Below, piece by piece: positions 52,074-64,000 of a stretch of 64,000 nucleotides of DNA. The position numbers and the translations under genes were made by a program. The notes under the pieces were generated by a model. That model searched no databases. It saw nothing but the letters and a program-made list of their open reading frames with translations, and was not told the DNA's origin. Position 1 is the stretch's first letter. The number at the start of each line of letters is the position of its first letter. Location of the stretch: the NCBI GenBank assembly GCA_964016885.1, contig OZ024742.1, forward strand, positions 108,872,001 to 108,936,000, in the 5' to 3' direction. Origin of the DNA: Eledone cirrhosa. Taxonomy: Eukaryota.

Positions 52074-52676
52074 TTGGAAACACACAGATACATGCGGACA
52101 CACACATATATATATATACATGAATGCAACCGCACCAACTGTGAGTTAAGGGTGCCAACTTCACCGATGTTGCTCAATGAATGACTGGGACAGACCAATT
52201 CAGTTTGAACTAGACTGAACCAGTATCAGAGTTAAAAATACATTATGAAGAGAGAAGAAACATTTAGATATAATTAGTAATAAAATGTATCATACCTAAA
52301 CTGTTCCTAAATTCCTCGACTACGTAGTTTCGTGGCATAAACAAAAACAATATATCAAAGATATAGAGTCCTTGCGAGGTCTGCCGACTTATCAAGAGGA
52401 TACCTCATTTTACTAGTCTCAAGAACGCGTCTACACGACGTGAGAAAGAATCCAAAAGGCGGAGGGGGAGATAGTCACGCAATATAACGGTCGAGAAACA
52501 GAGCTAAGCCTCCTATAACCACGAAGAAAATACCACGGAGGCGGAGGGGGTATTCATATTGAGGCCGTAGAAGAGGTAGTGAAGAAGGCGAGAAGTATGA
52601 GTAGTGGAAGCTTTCCAGTTGTCCCCACACTTCAAAGATTGCTCGACCAGAGGGAGTTATTAATATATTTGGAAAC

Positions 52677-52677
<1 letters not shown>
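52066..52677 (-). mobile_element. Non-coding ~600-bp element bounded by 17-bp direct repeats, containing a hammerhead fold
   Basis: taatatatttggaaaca at 52066-52082 and 52661-52677; no meaningful ORF. Confidence 0.65.
52313..52400 (-). ncRNA. Type I hammerhead ribozyme-like fold, U3-A8 core, GUC cleavage triplet
   Basis: tcctc-TTGATAA-gtcggca...tgccac-GAAA-ctacgtag-TC-gagga. Confidence 0.75.
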
Positions 52678-52724
<47 letters not shown>

Positions 52725-52733
52725 GTATATATG

Positions 52734-52764
<31 letters not shown>

Positions 52765-53134
52765 GTATATATGTATATATGTATATATATATATATGTAT
52801 ATATATATGTGTATGTATATATATATATATGTATATATATGTATATATATGTATATGTATGTATATGTATGTATATGTATATATATGTATATGTATATAT
52901 ATGTATATATATGTATATGTATATATATGTATATATATGTATATGTATATATATGTATATATATGTATATTATATATATATGTTTATATATGTATATGTA
53001 TATATATGTATATATATATATATGTATATATATGTATATATATATATATGTATATATATGTATATATGTATATATATATGTATATATATGTATATATATA
53101 TATATATGTATATATATGTATATGTATATATATG

Positions 53135-53167
<33 letters not shown>

Positions 53168-53220
53168 GTATATATATGTATATATATATATATGTATATA
53201 TATGTATATGTATATATATG

Positions 53221-53251
<31 letters not shown>

Positions 53252-53314
53252 GTATATATATGTATATATATATATATATATGTATATATATGTATATATA
53301 TATGTATATATATG

Positions 53315-53345
<31 letters not shown>

Positions 53346-53434
53346 GTATATATATGTATATATATGTATATGTATATATATGTATATATATATATATGTA
53401 TATATATGTATATATATATATATGTATATATATG

Positions 53435-53507
<73 letters not shown>

Positions 53508-54177
53508 GTATATATATGTATATATATGTATATGTATATATATCTATATATATGTATATGTATATATATGTATATGTATATATATGTGTATATATATATA
53601 TGTATATATATGTGTATATATATATATGTATATATATGTGTATATATATATATGTATATATATGTGTATATATATATATGTATATATATGTGTATATATA
53701 TATATGTATATATATGTGTATATATATATATGTATATATATGTGTATATATATATATGTATATATATGTGTATATATATATATGTATATATATGTGTATA
53801 TATATATATATATATGTGTGTATATATATATATATGTATATATATGTATATATATGATATATATATGTATATATATATATATGTATATATATGTATATGT
53901 ATATATATGTATATGTATATATATGTATATGTATATATATGTATATATATATATATGTATATATATGTATATATATATATATGTATATATATGTATATGT
54001 ATATATATGTATATATATGTATATGTATATATATGTATATATATGTATATATATATATATATGTATATATTTGTATATATATATATATGTATATATATGT
54101 ATATATATATATATATGTATATATATGTATATGTATATATATGTATATATATATCTATATATATATGTATATATATG

Positions 54178-54228
<51 letters not shown>

Positions 54229-54249
54229 GTATATATATGTATATATATG

Positions 54250-54287
<38 letters not shown>

Positions 54288-54375
54288 TGTATATATATGT
54301 ATATATATATATATGTATATATATGTATATGTATATATATGTATATATATATCTATATATATATGTATATATATG

Positions 54376-54410
<35 letters not shown>

Positions 54411-54889
54411 GTATATATATGTATATATATGTATATATATGTATATATGTATATATATGTATATATATGTATATATATGTATATATGTATATATATGTAT
54501 ATGTATCATATATGTATATATGTATGTATATATGTATCATATATGTATATATGTATGTATATATGTATATATATATGTATATATATGTATATATGTATAT
54601 ATATGTATATATATGTATATATATGTATATGTATATATATATATGTGTATATATGTGTATATATATGTGTATATATATGTATATATATGTATATATATAT
54701 GTATATATGTATATATATATGTATATATATATATGTATATATATATATGTATATATATATATGTATATATATATATGTATATATATGTATATATATGTAT
54801 ATATATATATGTATATATATGTATATATATATATATATATGTATATATATGTATATATGTATGTATATATGTATATATATATGTATATA

Positions 54890-54942
<53 letters not shown>

Positions 54943-55009
54943 GTATATATATATATGTATATATATATGTATATATATGTATATATGTATATATATGTAT
55001 ATATGTATG

Positions 55010-55042
<33 letters not shown>

Positions 55043-55191
55043 GTATATATATATGTATATATATATGTATATATATATGTATATATATATATGTATATAT
55101 ATATATGTATATATATATGTATATATATATATGTATATATATATGTATATATATATGTATATGTATATATATATGTATATATATATATATA
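52678..55191. repeat. Interrupted (TA)nTG satellite block 4
   Basis: Direct reading. Confidence 0.97.
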
Positions 55192-56959
55192 TCATCATCA
55201 TCATCATCAGGTTTAGCGGCCGTGTTCCACGCTTGCATGGGTTTGGACGGGGGTTTTCCCACTTGAGGCAAGAGTGGTTGTCTTGCTCGCATAGGACTGT
55301 CTGGCGGGTTTTCTACAGTTGGATGCCCTTCCTAACACCAACCACATTTACAGTGTGGGGCTGGGAGGTTTTTACCGTGTTGCCTACACGGCCACATTAC
55401 AGCGTGGACTGTCTGGCGGGTTTTCTACAGCTGGATGCCCTTCCTAACACCAACCACATTTACAGTGTGGGGCTGGGAGGTTTTTACCGTGTTCCCTACA
55501 CGGCCACATTTACAGCGTGGACTGTGTGTTTTTTGTCGTGACACCTACACGATCTCATTTGTTTCGGCCTGGATGTTGTGGGACCAACATAACTTTACAT
55601 TGAAAGGGGCGGTGTGGGTGGGGTGGAGGTGGTGGGACGGGGGGGGGTGTTTTGATAGAGATGCCTACTGACTGTAGTAGGTTTTTACTTTGTATTTAGG
55701 TAAGGCGGGTCTTCTCTATTACTGAGTACCGCCAAAGGTCTCGGTCCAGTGACATTGTCTTGGAGAGGTGTAAGCGTGTGAGGTCGGAATTTATCAGCTC
55801 GTCCCATGTTTTTCTGGGTCTGCCTACTCCGTGGCTACCGTCTATCTTTATTGCCCTGCACTTTGTTATACAGCTGTCGTCTTTCATGCGCATCACGTGA
55901 CCATACCAACGTAGCCTTCTCTCGAGTAAACAACATCTGATCCCTCTTATTTCTAATTTTTTCCTTAGTTTGTTTATGCTTTGCCGTTCACGTATATTAC
56001 TATTGCACATCCAGCGGAGCATGCAAGCTTCGTTCCTCTCTAGTCTGTGTATATCCTCTGCACACAATGCCCAGGTCTCACTGCCATGCAGCATTGCTGT
56101 TCGTATGCAGGCATCGTATAACCTGCCTTTCATTTTTAGGGAGAACCCTCTAGCGGCTAATAGTGGTATAAGCTCTCTGAACTTTTTCCATCCAGTTCTG
56201 ACTCTAGCTACTGTACTTTCAGAGCACCCTCCCCCACTGCTGATTTTGTCACCCAGATAGCGGAAGCTGTCCACTATTTCTATAGAACCCTCTGCGCAGT
56301 TGAAGGAGCTAGTATTTTGTGGGCACTTGCTGCTACTTATTGCACCAGAGCACCGGCCACATGTAAAATCTATGTTCTTAGTTAGCTTACCTGTGATCCC
56401 ACTACATCTTTTATGCACCCATACTTTGCATTTGGGACATAAAATGGAGTTTCTACCTACGCCTTTCCTACACACTGAGCATGGCCATTTCCCAGATGGG
56501 ACCGCCGCCTTATTTTCTTTCCTACAAACTAGAACTTTAGTCTTAGCCAGGTTAATTTTAAGGCCTTTTGATTCTAGGCCGTGCTTCCATGTTTGGAATT
56601 TCTTCTCTAGTTCGGTCATTGATTCAGCTATGAGCGTTAGATCATCTGCGTATAGGAGTTCCCATGGGCAGCCGGTCTTGAACTCCTCTGTTATAGCCTG
56701 AAGGGCAATAATAAATAGTAGGGGGCTAAGAACAGAGCCCTGATGGACACCAACTTTTACGCTAAACTCTTCACTATATTCGTTGTTAATTCTAACCTTA
56801 CTGACTGTTTCTTTATACATGGCTTGTATAGCTCTCACAAGCCATTCGTCAACACCTAGTTTTCTAAGAGACCACCAGATAATGGAACGGGGGACTCTGT
56901 CGAAGGCTTTCTCCAAGTCGACGAAAGCTAAGTATAGGGGTTTACTTTTAGCTAGGTAC
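55192..56959 (-). mobile_element. RTE-clade LINE, 5'-truncated copy of the 41288-44473 family
   Basis: ORF 55696-56916 is nearly identical in protein to the 3' half of the + copy. It has a (GAT)n tail and a 112-bp tandem duplication in the 3' UTR. Confidence 0.95.
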
Positions 56960-57193
56960 TATATATGTATATATATATGTATATATATGTATATATATAT
57001 GTATATATATGTATATATGTATATATATGTATATATGTATATATATGTATATATGTATATATATGTATATATGTATATATATGTATATATATATATATGT
57101 ATATATATATTTATATGTATATATATGTATATATATATATGTATATATATATATGTATATATATGTATATATATATTTATATGTATATATATG

Positions 57194-57224
<31 letters not shown>

Positions 57225-57497
57225 GTATATATGTATATATATATATGTATATATATATGTATATATATGTGTATATATATGTATATATATGTATATATAT
57301 GTATATATATATGTATATATATGTATATATATATGTATATATATATGTATATATATGTATATATATGTATATATATATGTATATATATGTATATATATAT
57401 GTATATATATGTATATATATATGTATATATATATGTATATATATGTATATATATATGTATATATATATGTATATATATGTATATATGTATATATATG

Positions 57498-57528
<31 letters not shown>

Positions 57529-57569
57529 GTACGTATGTATATATATATATATGTATATATATATGTACG

Positions 57570-57612
<43 letters not shown>

Positions 57613-58388
57613 GTACGTATGTATATATATGTACGTATGTATATATATGTACGTATGTATATATATATGTACGTATGTATATATATATGTACGTATGTAT
57701 ATATATATATGTACGTATGTATATATATATGTACGTATGTATATATATATGTACGTATGTATATATATATGTACGTATGTATATATATATGTACGTATGT
57801 ATATATATATGTACGTATGTATATATATATGTACGTATGTATATATATATGTACGTATGTATATATATATATGTACGTATGTATATATATGTACGTATGT
57901 ATATATATGTACGTATGTATATATATGTACGTATGTATATATATGTACGTATGTATATATATATATGTACGTATGTATATATATGTACGTATGTATATAT
58001 ATGTACGTATGTATATATATATATGTACGTATGTATATATATATGTACGTACGTATATATATATATGTACGTACGTATATATATATATGTACGTACGTAT
58101 ATATATATATGTACGTACGTATATATATATATATGTACGTACGTATATATATATATGTATGTACGTATATATATATATGTACGTATGCATATATATATAT
58201 GTACGTATGCATATATATATATGTACGTATGTATATATATATATATGTACGTATGTATGTATATATATATATATATATGTACGTATGTATGTATATATAT
58301 ATATGTACGTATGTATGTATATATATATATGTACGTATGTATGTATATATATATGTACGTATGTATATGTATATATATATATATATAC
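56960..58388. repeat. Interrupted (TA)n satellite block 5 with TGTACG variant
   Basis: Direct reading; atgtacgtatg units from ~57530. Confidence 0.97.
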
Positions 58389-59439
58389 CGGTGTGAGTGT
58401 TTTAAAGACGTTCAAACATTAAGTAAGTGCCAAGTCAGAACGGAGTATACGATTGTACTTCGTGAACAACAGGGAGGTAGTGATCGCGAAGTTTCGGTCA
58501 ACACTCCTTCAGAAATGTAAATAAGCGCATAAATGTCTATATTAGCAGCAGATGCAGGGTTACAAAGGAGAGAGCGGGAGTGAGATTATGTAATGTTTAT
58601 CTTCTAAATCACAAGCATGAATAGAAACAGCGACTGAAGGTTCTGAATTGCTGTATAAACATTTATTAATGGAAGAAATAAGTTGCATTTTCGGCGTTCG
58701 TATTCTTCCTTCCCCTCTTAACATTTCATCTCTTTCAAAAATAGATTGTGAAAACCAGTGGTTTCTACCACTTTCACTATTAATGTCATATTTTCTCTGA
58801 TAAATTAGTTACATTTATAAATCATATTTATTATCGCACTTAGTGTTGAATTGATGAGGCGTTTTCTGCTTTGATTATATATTTTTAAGGTTCCTAACAA
58901 TAATTCATTGATTATATTTAATCTTATATCACAGTTATATAACAATAAATCGTCTTTATATGTCGTTGTTGTCTCTTTGCTTTGTTCTGAATGAAATGAA
59001 CACGGACAATAAATTGCCAGTGGACTCCTAAGTACAGAATATATACATCTATATTAACACCGGTGAAAAACCGGTGACTCTCATACTATTCTCTCCGTTC
59101 GAAATATAGCAATTGGCTTATTGTAACCATAAACAATGTACGCATTTTATTTACATTCAAACACAATTTATGTAAATTAGAAGGCAACACGTATGTTTTC
59201 TGACATTTGATTGGTCGTAAATACATCTATAATTAGAAACTAAATAAGTTAAAGAAATAGGTGAAGGTATACATAGAATTTGTGTACGTTTAGTACAAAT
59301 TATATTATTCAAATTTTGGCTCTGAAATACTGGGCGAAAGCTGCTTATTGTGGAGAGAAACTCTGCTGATCTCCTAAACCTTGTCACAACAGCATCTGAT
59401 ATAGCGAGGCGCATCTAGGAGCGATGACTAACCTCTTGG

Positions 59440-60440
59440 AGGCTATGGTCAGAGGAGCAATTAAAGAGCTCAAATGTGGCAAGGCCACTGGGGAGAACGA
59501 CCTGGTATATTAAAAGCCTTACATAGAGAAAGTATTTTCTGGCTAACTTGCATATCCCAGGTGGCCTGGATCTCTGGAAAAGCACCTAAGCAATGGCAAT
59601 CGAGAGTGATGATCCCAATTTTCTAAAAGGGAGACTGCTCAAATTACAGAGGGATCTCTTTGTTAAGCTAAGTGTCTAGCAAAGAGATGTAGGGATATTG
59701 TCAAGTCCAAACTAGCTGATGAATAGTGTGGTTTTCATCCTGGACACAGCACAGTTGACCAAATATTGAAACCGTGGCAGGTCTCTGAGAAATCGTGGGA
59801 GTATTGCCAAGAGGTATATCCTTGTTTTGTAGAGTTTAAAAAGGCATATGACCATCTTCCATGGGTCCTATTGTGGAAGATTCTGCAGGAGTATGGGATT
59901 GATGGATAACTTCTTCTTGCCCTAGTATTTGTGTTCGAGTAAATAGTGCTAAATCAAAACCATTCAATGTGGGTGTCGGACACTGCCAAGGATACGTAAT
60001 GTCATCTTCATGAGTGATGGGAGGCAGGAGGATGAATTAAGTGCAAGAAATGCAGGAGTTGGTGCAGTAATGAGCCAGCTTCAGCATTCGGTCATCAGGG
60101 GAAGGGAGGTGGGTGTAAAAGCCAAATTTGCTAAATCCAATTTGGTATTCAAGCTAACCTTTACCTATGGTCATAAATGTTGGATGATGACCAAAAGAAT
60201 ACGATCATGAATACAAGCTGCTGAATGAGGTTTCTCTGAATTGATAGATATTACAGACATGTGTTAGAATGTTTCAGGAAAGAATTGCTGGACATATTTT
60301 ACTGTCAAAACCAACAGGCAGGAGACCCAGGAGTAGACCTTGAGCAAGCTGGTTGGATAACATCCATGGGCTGAGCTTGTTTCACGTGGAGATCCAGCCA
60401 AATCAATTGGAGAGAGTTGCATCTGATAGGACAGTGTGTG
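59440..60440 (+). mobile_element. Old, decayed RTE-like LINE fragment
   Basis: Broken motifs PIF*KGDCSNYRGISLLS, GFHPGHSTVDQI, FKKAYD and LTFTYGHKCW. Confidence 0.65.
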
Positions 60441-61255
60441 TATTACATAAGTTACTGTCATAGAACATATATAAAGGTATGTGGGTTAATCAGTGGTATA
60501 AATGAAAGGTTCCCTACATAAGCAGTAGAGGAATATAGAGGAGCATGTTTGTATGAATGGTATTTTGAAAAGGTCCTCAAGAGTTTAGATATTTTCCTGT
60601 CATAATTTCCAATATTTCTGAGCAGAAAAGTTCACAATCTTGCCTTTCCCTCTGATACAGCCTGGCATATCTTAAAATCGACCATGATAGCTCATATACT
60701 ATATTATTTTGTTACATATCCTAGATTTTCTTCACAAGCGCTGTTCATGTTGGCAGGTCGGGATTTTTGAATGAGTGGGTATGTACATATAGTCGAGTTT
60801 TTTAAGTTATGGGGGCTTCTATATATTTATGCCTATGAACATCTTCTGGGGAGCTTAAACATTTATGAACATCTTCTGGGGAGCATAAACATTTCATGTA
60901 TGATTCAGTATACAACCCCTGTCACGTATCAATCATGCTATGTCAGAGCATCAATACCTCTCATTAATTAGAACCTACCAGCTTTTGTTCCATATGCAAA
61001 TGAGCTTCATCATTTGATGTTCATAAGAATAAATATTATAAGCTTTTAGCTTATTTTCGTCTTACCATTCAAGCAAAATTAGTCCCTCTAAAGACAGCTA
61101 ACAAACCAGAAACGGCTGTTAGAGTGCTCTCCCTTGTGGTGAAATCCACCACTTCTAAAATTCATAGCAAGGCTAAAAAAATGTTTATTGACATGAACAT
61201 TTCATATATGATTCAAAATAAAATCCCAGTCATATATATATACAAATGTAAGTTT

Positions 61256-61300
61256 AATACACGTGTTTTGCTGAGGGATTAGTTCCGCAGCTCGTCAGTC
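61256..61300 (-). ncRNA. Decayed minimal hammerhead (G12A)
   Basis: CTGACGA-gctg...cagc-AAAA-cacgtg-TA with a weak stem I. It lies 3' of the PLE fragment on the same strand. Confidence 0.4.
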
Positions 61301-61599
61301 TGTTATATTGAAATTAAATATATGTCGCCAAGATATGAGTTTAACTATCATGGTTACCAGTTACCAGTTAAATGAAGGGGTAGGGTAACTCTTATTTAAG
61401 CTTATGTAAATTAGGAAGATGTAATTTAGGATGGCACGGTATAGCAGGTTATTTATTTAAAAGGTTTGTTGGTGATAGATGTTATAGAGGTTAGAGATTC
61501 ATAGAAGGTGTGCTTTCTTTTTCTTTTTTTCTTATTTTTCCTACTTAGCTTGTCAACAAGAAATTATAGGTGAAAGTTTTGGAATTAGGGGTGGGGATA

Positions 61600-62125
61600 A
61601 TCTTGGAGTGCAAGGTTGTGGATTGTGGCATTCCTGGTGTTATCCGTGGTTCTTCAAATTATATAGGATGTATTTCAGCATGTAGGGGCAGCGGTTGAAG
61701 AAATCGACCCTCGTATTAAGGCATGTTTCTGAAGAATGCAGAATTTTCCATTTAATGGAGAAGTCCGTACCTGCATCCTTGAAGAACTGAACATGACTTA
61801 CTAGCTTCATGGCTGTTTATTTATCCAGGTGCCTAAAAGTCAATGCATGGTTTAAGAAGCAGCTTTTAAAGTGGCTCTCAGACATACCAACATACGTCTT
61901 AACATCTTGCTACTAATTCGCTTTAATCTAGGTTACCCCAGCTTCATATATGACACTGGGTGTGTTACACTACTGATCCATAGGCCATGATTCCAGCTTT
62001 CTACAAGAGCATCCTTGTCTGAGTGCTCTTGGGTTTGTTGGTGATATGGGCTTTCATGTTTTTAGCACATTAGTAGCAGATTTTCACTGTATGGCAGTTA
62101 AAATTTGGTCTTAACACAACTGCTT
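61600..62125 (-). mobile_element. Decayed Penelope-like element fragment (linker + GIY-YIG endonuclease), Naiad-like
   Basis: Minus strand reads FNCHTVKICY*CAKNMK...CSCRK..WPMDQ*CNTPSVIYEA...KTYVGMSESHFKSCFLNHALTFRH...FSIKWKIL. Confidence 0.65.
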
Positions 62126-62534
62126 AGTTGAAATTATTTCATTTGGGGGAATGGGGTGCCTAACTGAAATAATGGGCCCCACATTGTAGAACTAGTCTAG
62201 GGTACTAAATACCTAGGTGCCAGCATTAGTGGAATAAGGGTGTGCATATTGTAGAGCTAGCTTGGGGTGCTAAATATCAATGAAACAGTATAAGTGGTGT
62301 AAAGGAGCACACATTGTAGAGCTAGTCTATGGTGCTAAATACCCAGGTGCTGGCTCTAGATGTGTCTAAACCTTGAATGCCTAAATCAAGGATTCTATTA
62401 CTTCTTAGACCATTGCTACCTTGATGGAATCCTTGACCCCTCATTGAAGCCAGGCATGTACTAAAATAGATAAATATGTAAATTAGAAAAAAAAATCAAT
62501 AATCAAAATATAAAATCGAAAATAATAACTAATA

Positions 62535-63012
62535 TATTAGCAGGTGTGGAGGAGGGCTTCTTATTATGAAGTCGGCAGATGGTCTGCCAGAACACTTTAT
62601 TTGCTGATCTGAAGTCGGATTCCAGCTTAACACCAAATTTCTCTGTCTTCATTTTGGACGCCTTTAGTGTCTCTGCTGTGGTTCCTTGTGCCTGTTTGTA
62701 CTGCAAGTGCAAGAAGAAGGACCTATTTCCAAGCCAAGCTTTGTAAGCCTATTTCTTTGCATGGGTGGCATCTTTGACCTCTTGATTGAAAAACAAAGGG
62801 TCCTCCTGCCATCCGGCAGGAGACCAATGGGTAGACCCTGAACAAGATGGTTGGATAACATCCATGAGCTTGGCTGGTCTTGCTTGGGGATCCAGGCAGG
62901 TCAGTTGGAGACGATTGCTTCTGACAGGAGCCGCTGGAAGAGGTGTTTTAAGGTGTTGCTCCCACGACCCTCTCAAGAATAAGTGGGCGAAGGAGGAGGA
63001 GAAGAAGAAATC
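62535..63012. mobile_element. RTE-like LINE fragments (two pieces, opposite orientation)
   Basis: Minus strand reads FGVKLESDFRSANKVFWQTICRL; plus strand has a 3' end caggagaccaatgggtagacc...ccacgaccctctcaagaataagtggg plus a GAA tail. Confidence 0.5.
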
Positions 63013-63196
63013 TGTATAAGCAAGTTGTATTGTATTGTAATGTTTTTATGTATTTTCATTTCTTATTCAACTATCAAGTTTTGGTCCAAATATATAATCG
63101 AACCCATGTGTAGTCCCATCGACTCGTGGGTCGATAGCGATAACTTTGAGAACCCCTAACCGAAACCCTCACTATATTCTATTCTATCAAATAACG

Positions 63197-63333
63197 GTTT
63201 CTTATTTAGGCACAAGGCCAGCAAATTTGGTGGGAGGGAAAAGTCGATGAAATTAACCACAGTGCGTGACTGGTACTTTATTTTATCGACCCCGTAAGGA
63301 TAAAGGCAAAGTTAACCGCGGCGGGATTTGAAC
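63197..63333 (-). repeat. tRNA-derived SINE fragment
   Basis: Reverse complement of the 10545-10670 family. Confidence 0.7.
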
Positions 63334-63547
63334 ATCAAATAATCATTCATTATCCACATACAAAAAAGATCAGAATTATTTCAAGGGACATAATTCATTA
63401 TATTTTAATACATTCAACGTGTTGTCTCCCTTAAAGAAATGTCCGCTCCCTCCCATTTCTTCGCTTTGCGATACGGTGAAAATTTTATTTCATTCTTTCT
63501 TTACCTTTTCCGACCTGTGGTCATGCTGGGGCACTGTATTTATATAA

Positions 63548-63730
63548 TAATTGTTTCTACTTTAGGAACAAGGCCCAGCAATTTTCCAGTTCATTACTGG
63601 TACTTTATTTTATCGACCCCGCAAGGATGAAAGGCAAAGTCAACCTCGGCGGGATTTGAACTCAGATCGTAAAGGGACGTAACTATGCTAGAAAGCATGG
63701 CGTCCGACCCTCTACTGATACTGCCAATGC
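63548..63730 (-). repeat. tRNA-derived SINE, near full length
   Basis: B-box gttcaaatcc and core ctttcatccttgcggggtcgataaaataaagtaccag. Confidence 0.75.
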
Positions 63731-64000
63731 GTTTCTTTATGTTAAATATTTATTTCCCAGGCAAATAATATAAACGTTGTATCTATTATACATGATGTCT
63801 TTAATTTCGTTCCATCGTTTATCAATCAATTTCATCGATGCATTTTTTTATTTTAACGTTATATTTAAAAAAAAGCTTAGCCCATTTATTCTTTGATTTT
63901 TTACTGGTTTATGTCATCAAACTGCGGCCATACTGAACCACCGACTCCAGTACTTTTTTTTTAAAATCTGGTACTAATTTTATCGATCTCTTTTTTTTCT

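Noticed and set aside
58475-58520. Minus-strand ctgaagg...gaaac hammerhead-like motif
   Set aside because: Core mismatch at position 9 and no stem I.
60834-60894. 30-bp tandem duplication
   Set aside because: A simple two-copy local duplication with no sign of function.
61084-61124. CTAAAGA...GAAA-cggctg-TT as a tenth hammerhead
   Set aside because: The essential G5 is mutated and stem II is unconvincing; possibly a very old relic, so not counted.
63640-63730. tRNA gene
   Set aside because: A B-box is present but no cloverleaf; it is a SINE head repeated elsewhere in the window.

Overview
This is a repeat-dominated, AT-rich eukaryotic (metazoan) window; the repeat types suggest a coleoid cephalopod such as Octopus (inference). 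There are two host genes. The first is the last two coding exons of an ALDH2-like aldehyde dehydrogenase (+; 3274-3388 and 4812-4844, missed by the ORF track). The second, convergent with it, is an intact single-exon DCST1/sneaky-like gene (-; 7174-9225). The rest is transposons: two CR1/L2-type LINEs, two near-identical RTE LINEs carrying a PHD-like finger, CRE-type fragments, two Helitrons, a Ty3/Gypsy LTR element with a -1 frameshift pseudoknot, two hAT elements, SINEs and Penelope-like (PLE) remnants. About 23 kb is interrupted (TA)n satellite, which produces all the 'YIYI' ORFs. The most notable hidden signal is nine type I hammerhead-ribozyme-like folds, read by eye, from several dissimilar sequence contexts. 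Three carry the compensated U3-A8 core (UUGANAA), several have very long stem II inserts, two form a back-to-back inverted pair, and one lies in a ~600-bp non-coding element bounded by 17-bp direct repeats. A near-perfect 575-bp-arm palindrome sits inside the satellite. All calls were made by manual inspection; no database search or folding program was run.
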